Shown piece after piece: positions 7,910 through 16,195 of a stretch of 57,895 bases of DNA. Position 1 is the first letter of the stretch, and every line of letters begins with the position of its first letter. Where the stretch lies: NCBI GenBank assembly GCA_964349135.1, contig CAYGFK010000005.1:1-57895 (forward strand). The letters run 5' to 3'. This DNA is from an uncultured Candidatus Saccharibacteria bacterium (GTDB lineage: Bacteria; Patescibacteriota; Minisyncoccia; Phycocordibacterales; DSPV01). The notes under the pieces were generated by a model that saw nothing but the letters and a program-made list of their open reading frames with translations, was not told the origin of the DNA and did not search any database. The position numbers and the translations under genes were made by a program.

Positions 7910-9097
7910 CTATTTCTTTCTCCTGAGAAATGCCGGAACCGCACCCCAATCATCATCATCAGAAATAGGAACCGCTTTCTCTTCCTTTTTTACATCAACA
8001 GCCGGCTCCTCTTTTTTCTTCACCTCATCTTTCTTCTCCTCCTTGTTGCTACTTCCCATGAGTGTATTAAAGATAGTTGACCCGCTCTTCTTCTCATCGG
8101 CCGGTTCGGTCGCGGTAGAGAAGAGTCGGCGATGCATCGCGCTTTCCGGGAACCCTGAAGCAATTACGGTGATTTTCACTTCGTTCTTCTTGAGGCGGTC
8201 GTCTTTGACCGTACCAAAGATAACTTTCGCATCACTGTCGATTGATTCGGTGATGACCTTCGCTGCATCCTGAATCTCGAACATGGTAAGGTCTTCGCCA
8301 CCGGCGATTGAGAAGAGGACCCCTTTCGCGCCCTGGATAGAAAGGTCGAGGAGCGGGGAGTTGATAGCCATGCGAGCCGCTTCTTCGGCGCGTTTCTCTC
8401 CTGAGGCGATACCAATACCCATGAGTGCCGACCCTGCGTTTTCAAGAATGGATTTGATGTCCGCAAAATCAGTGTTGATGATGCCGGGAATCGTAATGAG
8501 GTCAGAGATGCCTTCGACGGCTTGTTTGAGAATGTCATCGCACATTGCAAAGGCACTGCGGGCCGTGGTCTCCTTTGAGACGTTGGCGAGGAGGCGGTCG
8601 TTCGGGATGACGACGGTTGCATCAACCGCTTTCTTTAGTTCATCGAGACCTTGTTCTGCATAGCGCGAGCGCTGTTGCCCTTCGAATGAGAACGGTTTTG
8701 TGACAATGGCGACGGTGAGTGCTCCAAGTTCTCGCGAGATTTTTGCGATAATCGGTGATGAACCGGTACAGGTGCCACCTCCCATACCACCCGCAATGAA
8801 AACCATATCCGCACCCCTAATGGCTTCTTGAATTTCTTCCTTATTTTCTTCAACGGCCCGCTTGCCGAGTTCCGGATTCATGCCGGTTCCAAGTCCGTGT
8901 GTGAGATTTTTGCCGATATGAATTTTTTTGCGCGCCAAAGAGTTTTGGAGGTCTTGGGCATCGGTGTTTATGGCGATAAACTCAACGCCACGCACCTTCG
9001 AGGTAATCATGTGATTGACAGCGTTTTTTCCCGAACCGCCAACGCCAAGGACTTTAATCCTTGCGAACGCTTCAACTTCTGGTTTTACTTGTGGCAT
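7910..9097 (-). CDS. ftsZ: Cell division protein FtsZ
   Basis: IKVLGVGGSG, GGMGGGTCTG tubulin signature and C-terminal VPAFLRRK. Confidence 0.98.
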   Translation of the reverse strand: MPQVKPEVEAFARIKVLGVGGSGKNAVNHMITSKVRGVEFIAINTDAQDLQNSLARKKIHIGKNLTHGLGTGMNPELGKRAVEENKEEIQEAIRGADMVFIAGGMGGGTCTGSSPIIAKISRELGALTVAIVTKPFSFEGQQRSRYAEQGLDELKKAVDATVVIPNDRLLANVSKETTARSAFAMCDDILKQAVEGISDLITIPGIINTDFADIKSILENAGSALMGIGIASGEKRAEEAARMAINSPLLDLSIQGAKGVLFSIAGGEDLTMFEIQDAAKVITESIDSDAKVIFGTVKDDRLKKNEVKITVIASGFPESAMHRRLFSTATEPADEKKSGSTIFNTLMGSSNKEEKKDEVKKKEEPAVDVKKEEKAVPISDDDDWGAVPAFLRRKK

Positions 9098-9260
9098 AGA
9101 TTTCGTGCGCACGGTTGGCATGAGCCGAACCGATACGCGATTTATAGCTTACGCACTACATAATGGGCGTTTGTCCGATATGATACTGCAATCGGACAAA
9201 AAGAAAAGAGTTGACCCGTGAGAAGAGTGTGTCTTAGTATTTCAATCGTAAAGGACGTTC

Positions 9261-10445
9261 CTAGGGAAGGAGCTGGCGCAAGAGGTTTTTAAGGCCACCC
9301 CCGGCCTTTTTCGCGATTCCGACTCCGAGCGTTTGCTCCTCGCTGTCCTGAGAAAGTCCTATACGGCAGAGCCCGTATACGACCGACCATGAAGCGTCCT
9401 TTATGGGTTCACGCATGTTTCCACCCCAGTTCATTGATGCTGTTCGGGAGGGAAGAGAAAGTGATGCTTTCGCAAGTTCTTCGAGGACGGCAATACCCGA
9501 ACCACCGCCAGTGAGGATAATACCTGCCGGTAGGAGACGATTGCGACCAATCTTTTTTAGGTGGGCTTCGATGAGGTCGAGTATGTCAGATAATCGGGCT
9601 TCAATAATATCGTCTAGTTTCTTTCTTGGGAATGTTGAGCCGGTGATGGCGCCGACCTTGATGCGCTCCGCTTCCTCAATCGGCACCTTGAGCCCGAGCG
9701 CGATGTCGTTGGTTATGTCATTTGAGCCGATGGGGAAGGTCTCGAGAGATATCGGAATATTATTTTCAAAGACGACGATTGAGACTGTTTCGGCGCCGAT
9801 GTTGGCGAGCACGCTCCCCGCAATTTTCTGCTGTTTAGTAAGAGTCACTAAACTTGCGGCGAGTGGTGCGGCCACCGGCATCAATACTTCAACGCCGGCT
9901 TCTTCGACAGCCTGTTCAAGGTCGTAGAGATGGTTTTCAAGCGTCGTCACAAAAAGCACTTTGGCCTCGATTTTGTTCGCCTTCATTCCCGAAGGATTTG
10001 TACCGAGGACGACGTTCCCGTCAATGCGATATTGAATAGGGATAGTGTGAATGATGCGCCGATTTACTGATGTTGCCTGCGGAATGTTGCTTCGCGCGGC
10101 TGCCATCGCATTTTCCATGTCGCGTTCAGTCACTTCAGAGTCGGCGCGAGATATGGCAGTGGTTCCGGTTGCCGTAGTCGAAGAAAGGCCTATGCCTCCG
10201 ACGGAGAGGTAGGCCTGTCTGATGCGGACCCCAGACGCTTTTTCTGCCTGTGCCAAGGCCCCCTTGAGCGCCCTTTGCACGTCGGCTTGATTGATGATGT
10301 AGCCATGGCGGAGCCCTTTTGATTCAGCAAAACCTGACCCGATGATTTTTATCAAGGTTCGTTCAGGCGTTCGGTCTTCTTCAGCTACCATGACCTTTGC
10401 CTGATAGGTTCCAATATCTATCCCAACGGATATTTTTCGTGCCAT
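9261..10445 (-). CDS. ftsA: Cell division protein FtsA
   Basis: VGIDIGT, NIGAETV, IILTGGGS actin-like motifs. Directly upstream of ftsZ. Confidence 0.95.
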   Translation of the reverse strand: MARKISVGIDIGTYQAKVMVAEEDRTPERTLIKIIGSGFAESKGLRHGYIINQADVQRALKGALAQAEKASGVRIRQAYLSVGGIGLSSTTATGTTAISRADSEVTERDMENAMAAARSNIPQATSVNRRIIHTIPIQYRIDGNVVLGTNPSGMKANKIEAKVLFVTTLENHLYDLEQAVEEAGVEVLMPVAAPLAASLVTLTKQQKIAGSVLANIGAETVSIVVFENNIPISLETFPIGSNDITNDIALGLKVPIEEAERIKVGAITGSTFPRKKLDDIIEARLSDILDLIEAHLKKIGRNRLLPAGIILTGGGSGIAVLEELAKASLSLPSRTASMNWGGNMREPIKDASWSVVYGLCRIGLSQDSEEQTLGVGIAKKAGGGLKNLLRQLLP

Positions 10446-10465
10446 GCGAAATGTAAGAGAGAAAT

Positions 10466-10849
10466 TTATACGTGCAAAAATTTTGCACCGATGCGTTTCT
10501 CCTTACCCTCCATTGTACTACCGTGTGTGTGCCCCTTCAAATGGAGTAATCCGTGGATAAACAACATGCCGATGAATTTTGTGTAGGGCAGACCGTATGA
10601 CCGGTGTTGTGCCCTGGCGACGGCGGGGGCGATGATGATGGAACCCATTCCCTTTTTAAGGGTAAATGATAAGACGTTTGTCGGCTTATCTTTCTTTCGG
10701 TGCGTTCGGTTTAGTTGTCGAGACTCTTTCGGAGTGACGAATACGAGCTCAAGCAAAAAGCGCTTTCCGAGGATAGCGCTTTTTATAGCCTTGAAGGGTA
10801 CGCGAGGCGTGCGGGCTTTTGTGGCGTTGATGAGGATAAGGTCTCGCAC
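10466..10849 (-). CDS. ybeY: rRNA maturation RNase YbeY
   Basis: LNRTHRKKDKPTNVLSF and IHGLLHLKGHTH. Confidence 0.93.
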   Translation of the reverse strand: MRDLILINATKARTPRVPFKAIKSAILGKRFLLELVFVTPKESRQLNRTHRKKDKPTNVLSFTLKKGMGSIIIAPAVARAQHRSYGLPYTKFIGMLFIHGLLHLKGHTHGSTMEGKEKRIGAKFLHV

Positions 10850-10863
10850 AGGGGCTCGAGAGA

Positions 10864-11106
10864 TTATTTGCGTACCATCTTATCAGGCATTTTTCCTGAT
10901 TTGATGAGTTGCTCAACTTCTTTTCGTCGCGCAATACGAGTGAGGGTCCGCTTTTTCCTTGTCAGGTGAGACTTATTTCGTTCTTTGTATCGGAGTGAGC
11001 GCACTCGTTTAACGATGCCAGAACCCTGTAGCATCTTGTTGAAGCGTCGTAGTGTTGAAAGCGAGTTTTCGGTCCCCGTCCTCTCTACATTGATATTTAC
11101 TGCCAT
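10864..11106 (-). CDS. rpsU: 30S ribosomal protein bS21-like
   Basis: Basic 80-aa protein with E...S.LRRF.K...SG...VR..RY pattern. Confidence 0.75.
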   Translation of the reverse strand: MAVNINVERTGTENSLSTLRRFNKMLQGSGIVKRVRSLRYKERNKSHLTRKKRTLTRIARRKEVEQLIKSGKMPDKMVRK

Positions 11107-11147
11107 AGGCCAGGCATTGTAACACGGGACACCGTCCTTATGCAAGG

Positions 11148-12395
11148 TTAGGCCTTCAACGCTTTCAGGTGGGCGGGGAGGTCTTGAAGGGATATCGTTT
11201 CCTGTGACCGTGTGGACATATCTCTGACGATAGCGTTTCCTTCAAGTGCTTCTTTCTGTCCGATGATGACCACATAGGGCACCTTCATATTTTCCGCCGT
11301 AGCAATTTGGCTTGAGAGCTTGTCTTTGGCGAGCGATTGGTGCACCGGGATTTTGGCGTGCCGAAGCGCTTCGATAACGTCCAACGATTTCCGTTTGGCG
11401 TCGAATCCGATTTGAATGAAATAGACCTGAGGCTTTTTCATCTTGTGCGACGCTTTCTTGTCTCCGCGTGTTTCTTTGAAAATGAGAGTGACGCCGGCCG
11501 CAGAGAGGTCGCGTTTCGACTCCATTTTCTTGGCGAAGCTTGTCATTCGATAGCCGAGGCCGAGCGTCACTTCAGGTTCGTCTTCTTTTCCGATTGCGTT
11601 GAGTGTTTTGATGAGGAAGATGGTGTGCGAGCAAACGCGACGATTCCCAAGCAGGTGATTGTCTATTTTGTAAGGAACATTCATTGACTCAATGTACTCA
11701 AGCACTTCGGTAAAATGCGCTCGGCTGGTTTCAGTAAGGGAGGAAACCGATTTCGGCGCCTGGTTGGCGAGTTCGACACATTTTTCGTGGGTACACTCAA
11801 GGGGAGCAAAAAGGTCTTTCTTGAGTGCCGTTCGACAATGGGTTTGTAGCATGTCAGCATGTTTTCGATAAAACTGATTCACTTCGCGTGTGAAGTGGGT
11901 AAGGGTATCTTTGTCACCGACAGAATTGATATCTATATAAAGGTCTTTGTAACCCTTTTCGCGAAGTATTTCGAGAGATGCCTTGATGAGTTCCGCTTCC
12001 GCGATACTCTTGGAGGTGCCGAGGATGTCGAGGTGTATCTGTTTATAAGCATTTTTGGGAGTTTTTCGTTGTCCTACCCGAGGAATAGGCCCTTCATAAT
12101 AGAGCATGGTGGCTTGGGCAGGATTGAGGAGTTTGCGTTCCTCGCATGTTCGAATGAGCGCTACTTTTTCTTCAGCGCAGATTCTCATTTCTGGGCAGTC
12201 GGCTTCCCCATAATTTTTCTCATGAGTCTCGGACTCCGTAATTTGTTTTGCAATCTTTACGTCTTGATTCGTGACCACCGGCGCTTCGATAGGCATGAAA
12301 TTATAGTAATAGGCGATTTCTGCCGCGCGGTTGAGTTTTTTGAGTAGGAGATAAGGCGACCTTGCGTTTTTGTTTTTGCGAGCCGTTGTTTTCAT
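11148..12395 (-). CDS. Divergent histidyl-tRNA synthetase paralogue with degenerate catalytic motifs and an intact anticodon-binding domain
   Basis: HisRS architecture (F.PIEAP, YYEGP, INSVGD) and C-terminal QIATAENMKVPYVVIIGQKE...VRDM. The RQFxQ, RGLDYY, GGRYD and GLER motifs are not conserved. Confidence 0.75.
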   Translation of the reverse strand: MKTTARKNKNARSPYLLLKKLNRAAEIAYYYNFMPIEAPVVTNQDVKIAKQITESETHEKNYGEADCPEMRICAEEKVALIRTCEERKLLNPAQATMLYYEGPIPRVGQRKTPKNAYKQIHLDILGTSKSIAEAELIKASLEILREKGYKDLYIDINSVGDKDTLTHFTREVNQFYRKHADMLQTHCRTALKKDLFAPLECTHEKCVELANQAPKSVSSLTETSRAHFTEVLEYIESMNVPYKIDNHLLGNRRVCSHTIFLIKTLNAIGKEDEPEVTLGLGYRMTSFAKKMESKRDLSAAGVTLIFKETRGDKKASHKMKKPQVYFIQIGFDAKRKSLDVIEALRHAKIPVHQSLAKDKLSSQIATAENMKVPYVVIIGQKEALEGNAIVRDMSTRSQETISLQDLPAHLKALKA

Positions 12396-12396
12396 A

Positions 12397-13005
12397 TTAC
12401 TCAGTGAGGGTGGCATTGATGGGAACTAATTCCATACCGGGTCTCCAGTCGATGCGCGAGATGGGAAAAAGTCTCACGATAGGTTTCCCGACGATGTCAG
12501 TTCGCGGGAGAGGTCCCCATCGTCGCGAGTCGGAACTTGCTGAGCGATTATCTCCGAGCACGTAATATTCGTCAGGACCGAGCGTGACCGTTAAGAAGTC
12601 ACTACTTTGATTTTTGACGAATGGTTCATCGAGCATGAATGGTTCCGAGCCGTCTGTGGGTGTGATTCTGATGCGTGCGCCTTCGAATTGTACGGTCTCG
12701 CCCGGAAGCCCCACGATACGTTTAATAAAATATTTCTGTGGCTCAAGGGGGTAGTGCAGGATGATAGTGTCGTGACGCTTGGGTTCGCTGAAACGGTACG
12801 AGAGCTCATCAACGATAAGGTATTCTCCATTGTGGAATGTCGGAATCATTGAGTCGCCAGAAACGATGAATGGTTGAGCAATAAAGGTTCTGATGATGAA
12901 TACGAAGGCAACCGCAACTACGACGAATCGGACGGTTTCAAGGAGTTCGGACTTTTTTTTCGTAGCTATCGGCGCGGCGACCGGTTCTGGATTCTGTTCA
13001 GTCAT
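12397..13005 (-). CDS. lepB: Signal peptidase I
   Basis: PFIVSGDSMIPT, YFIKRIVGLPGE, GDNRSASSDSR and an N-terminal TM. Confidence 0.95.
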   Translation of the reverse strand: MTEQNPEPVAAPIATKKKSELLETVRFVVVAVAFVFIIRTFIAQPFIVSGDSMIPTFHNGEYLIVDELSYRFSEPKRHDTIILHYPLEPQKYFIKRIVGLPGETVQFEGARIRITPTDGSEPFMLDEPFVKNQSSDFLTVTLGPDEYYVLGDNRSASSDSRRWGPLPRTDIVGKPIVRLFPISRIDWRPGMELVPINATLTE

Positions 13006-13105
13006 ATTTCACCCATTGTAATATACGTCTCGTTTGACTAAAAGTTTCTTTACGTGGCTTTGTGTTATGTTGCACGATGGAGTCCGTGATACTATTATTC
13101 TCGCT

Positions 13106-13696
13106 ATGAGTTACGTCATCGTTGGGTTGGGAAATCCCGGAGAGGAATACGAACACACCCGGCATAATACCGGACGCATCCTTGTCGAGGATTTTGCTCG
13201 CAGAATGAAATGTGATGCGTTTGAGCACGACAAGAAAGCGAACGCAGATACGGTCACGGGGAAGGTGAAGCGAGAAGCATTCACACTCGTGCTTCCCGAT
13301 ACGTTCATGAATAAATCGGGGAATGCGGTGGCACGGTACGTGAAATCGAAGAAGGCGGCTGAACAGCTTGTCGTTATTCATGACGACCTTGATTTGCCAC
13401 TTGGCCGAATCAAACTATCGTTCAATCGTGGCTCTGGCGGGCATCGCGGTGTCGAGTCGATTGTGCGTGCACTAAAGACAGAAGCGTTCGTGCGTCTACG
13501 CGTAGGTATCTCAAAAGATGCCGGAAAAGGGAGAGTAAAGAAACCTGTTGGCGAAGATGCGGTAGGGGATTTTATTCTCGGCGCATTCAAACCGGCTGAG
13601 GAGAAGGAATTTAAGAAAGTATCGAAACTCGTCTCCGAGGTGCTTGAGTTTATTGTCGAGGAAGGCCATCAGGCGGCCATGCAGGAGTTTAATTGA
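13106..13696 (+). CDS. pth: Peptidyl-tRNA hydrolase
   Basis: IVGLGNPG.EY..TRHN.G, FMNKSG, HDDLD and GGHRG. Confidence 0.96.
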   Translation: MSYVIVGLGNPGEEYEHTRHNTGRILVEDFARRMKCDAFEHDKKANADTVTGKVKREAFTLVLPDTFMNKSGNAVARYVKSKKAAEQLVVIHDDLDLPLGRIKLSFNRGSGGHRGVESIVRALKTEAFVRLRVGISKDAGKGRVKKPVGEDAVGDFILGAFKPAEEKEFKKVSKLVSEVLEFIVEEGHQAAMQEFN

Positions 13697-13725
13697 GTTT
13701 TCTTGTCTATATAAATAGCGCGTGT

Positions 13726-13761
13726 AAAAAAACCGTTCGCTGTGTGGCGAACGGTTTTTTT
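13726..13761. terminator. Bidirectional intrinsic terminator between pth and the S1 gene
   Basis: AAAAAAACCGTTCGC-tgtgtg-GCGAACGGTTTTTTT. Confidence 0.85.
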
Positions 13762-13848
13762 GTTTATTGCCTAGCGAGTGAGTGGAGAGAAAAAGGACTT
13801 TCTTTTTCTCTCCCGAACGAGCGACGGCAACAAAGGGTTTAATACCCT

Positions 13849-14979
13849 TTATTCTTTTGTGACGTACGAGAGCGTCATACGTTGTTCTTTTGGTTCAAAG
13901 ACCATAATCTTGAAATCGTAGGTCTTGCCGAGTTCGAGGGCCAAGCGGAGTTTGTCTTCACTGCCAAACTCACTGATATGCACGAGCCCCGCGACCCCTT
14001 CTTCGATTGAGGCCAGTGCGCCATGTTTGTTGTACTTGATGACCACGCCTTTCACCGTCTGGTCTTTAGCGTATTTTTCTCCGGCTGCAACCCACGGGTT
14101 TGGTTTCAAGGCCTTGATTGAGAGTGAGATTTTCCCATCTTTGATTTCGATGACGCGGACGCGTACCGAGTCGCCCATCTTGTAGCGATTGCGCGGGTCG
14201 TCGACGAGTGCCCAATCCATTTCAGAAATGTGCACCAATCCTTCGAGCCCCTCTTCAATCTTCACAAAGATACCGAAGTCAACGGCTCCCGTGACCACTC
14301 CTTCGAGCTCGTCACCGACGGCGTATTTCTCGACAATCTTTTCTTTTTCCTTCTCGTTCTGATTCTTCTCAGAGAAAATGAGCTTTCCTTCTTGTGGTGA
14401 TGCGGTGATGATGGAAACGGAAATCGGGTGACCGACAAGTTTCTTCAACTCTTCAAGAATTCGGTCTTTGTTACCGTCGGAAATGCGCGGATAGTGTTCA
14501 GGTTTGAGCTGGGATGCCGGAAGAAATCCCGGTATACCTTGCCATTCGAGAATGAGTCCTCCTTTATTCGCTTCTTTGACCGGAAGTTCAAGAATTTTCT
14601 TTTCTTTGATGGCAATTTCAGCTTCGCCCCAGATAAGTGCACGTCGAGCTTCTTTGAGCGAGAGTTCGATGTATCCTTCCGAATTATCCGTACTGACGAT
14701 TTTAGCCGCAATGACGTCCCCAACGTTGATTTTCTTGATGAGGTCTCTCGCGTTGATGTACTCGCGACCATAAATGATACCGGTGCCGAATGGAGGCAAG
14801 TCAACGTAAACCGCCCCTCGAGCGATTCCTAATATCTTTCCTTCTACGACTTCTCCGGTTTCTCTCGGAGAAGCGGACTTCGAGAGCATGCGCCCCATAA
14901 GGGTCTCATTTTCTCGGTCGGCGTCTGTCATGGCCTCTTTAGGCGTCTCCTGCACAGCCGTAAGATTCTGTTCTTCCAT
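13849..14979 (-). CDS. rpsA: 30S ribosomal protein S1-like (four S1 domains)
   Basis: Repeated S1 motifs (GFLPASQL, DFGIFV...EGLVHISE, AGLVHISE). Confidence 0.88.
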   Translation of the reverse strand: MEEQNLTAVQETPKEAMTDADRENETLMGRMLSKSASPRETGEVVEGKILGIARGAVYVDLPPFGTGIIYGREYINARDLIKKINVGDVIAAKIVSTDNSEGYIELSLKEARRALIWGEAEIAIKEKKILELPVKEANKGGLILEWQGIPGFLPASQLKPEHYPRISDGNKDRILEELKKLVGHPISVSIITASPQEGKLIFSEKNQNEKEKEKIVEKYAVGDELEGVVTGAVDFGIFVKIEEGLEGLVHISEMDWALVDDPRNRYKMGDSVRVRVIEIKDGKISLSIKALKPNPWVAAGEKYAKDQTVKGVVIKYNKHGALASIEEGVAGLVHISEFGSEDKLRLALELGKTYDFKIMVFEPKEQRMTLSYVTKE

Positions 14980-15196
14980 AATTATGTGAAGCAGATGTCC
15001 GGCGTCCTTTCGTGGTCTATCACGACGACGGGGTTATCCCTGCTCCTTATTTATTAGTAAACGTCTTTGGTATGCCTCTTTGCCTAAGCGAACTCAAGCG
15101 AAGAAGAGACGTGGGGAGTAGTATACCTTTTTTTCGTATGGTGTAAATAGTCCCTCGACTTGCTCGAGCCCCGTATTAGCTATACTCTTATAGTCT

Positions 15197-15838
15197 ATGA
15201 TTATTACGTATCACGGGGCAGAATCATTCAAAGTCCAGTATGGGGATGTGGTTTTGGCATTTAACCCGCTCTCTAAGAACTCTCAATTAAAAAATACTCG
15301 ATTTGGTGCCGATATCGCGCTTATTACGGCAAACCATATCGACCTTAACGGAGTCGATTCAGTCACGTTTGGCGGGAAAGAACCTTTTGTTATCTCTGGA
15401 CCAGGCGAATATGAATATAAGGGTGTGTTAGTGCACGGATTTTCGTCGACGACGTCGTATGGCGGTGAGGCAATGGGTAACACAATATACATGGTTACTC
15501 TCGAAGGCATCAATCTTTGTTTCTTGGGTGCGCTCGATAAAAAAGAACTTCCCAAGGAGGCGACTGAAGAGCTAGAGGGTATTGATATTCTTTTTGTCCC
15601 TGTCGGAGGTGACGGTGTGCTCTCTCCGGTAGATGCGTACGGGCTTGCCGTGTCGCTCGAGCCAAAAATTATTATACCGATGCATTATGGAGATGTCGGT
15701 GCCAAGAATGCGCTCAGCTTATTTCTCAAGGAAGGCGGGGTTGAAAAGAGTGCCGAAGAGATGGAGAAGTTGACGCTTAAGAAAAAAGATTTTGACGGTC
15801 GCGAAGGCGACATTATTGTACTGAAGCCATTAAATTGA
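15197..15838 (+). CDS. MBL-fold metallo-hydrolase (Lactamase_B_3-like)
   Basis: ITANHIDLN, GPGEYE, IDILFVPVGG and IIIPMHY. Confidence 0.85.
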   Translation: MIITYHGAESFKVQYGDVVLAFNPLSKNSQLKNTRFGADIALITANHIDLNGVDSVTFGGKEPFVISGPGEYEYKGVLVHGFSSTTSYGGEAMGNTIYMVTLEGINLCFLGALDKKELPKEATEELEGIDILFVPVGGDGVLSPVDAYGLAVSLEPKIIIPMHYGDVGAKNALSLFLKEGGVEKSAEEMEKLTLKKKDFDGREGDIIVLKPLN

Positions 15839-15851
15839 TTCGCCAAAACTC

Positions 15852-16151
15852 ATGCGACTTTTCGATTTTTTGGAGCGATTGCGCGAGGAGCCCGAATCAC
15901 ACCGACGGCGTACGGCATTTGTGGTAGCCCTTTCCGTTACGGGGCTTGTCGCTCTCGGGTGGTTCATGTCGTGGTCGGGAGGGTCCCGTGTGTCCTACAC
16001 GAGCACTGAGGCGACGTCGTCACCTCTTACGGTGCTCGCACAAACCCTGACGGAGGGTAGGGAAATGTTCCATGATTTATTCGGAGCTCTGGGAGAATCT
16101 CGGGATGTTTTCATTGCCCCAGACGCACCTCCCGAAGAATCAGAGAACTGA
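15852..16151 (+). CDS. Hypothetical single-TM protein
   Basis: 99-aa ORF with one hydrophobic segment. Fills the gap between the MBL gene and gyrA. Confidence 0.65.
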   Translation: MRLFDFLERLREEPESHRRRTAFVVALSVTGLVALGWFMSWSGGSRVSYTSTEATSSPLTVLAQTLTEGREMFHDLFGALGESRDVFIAPDAPPEESEN

Positions 16152-16195
16152 AATATCCTTTGTTTTTAGCGCTTTTTATGCTATACTAGACCAAT

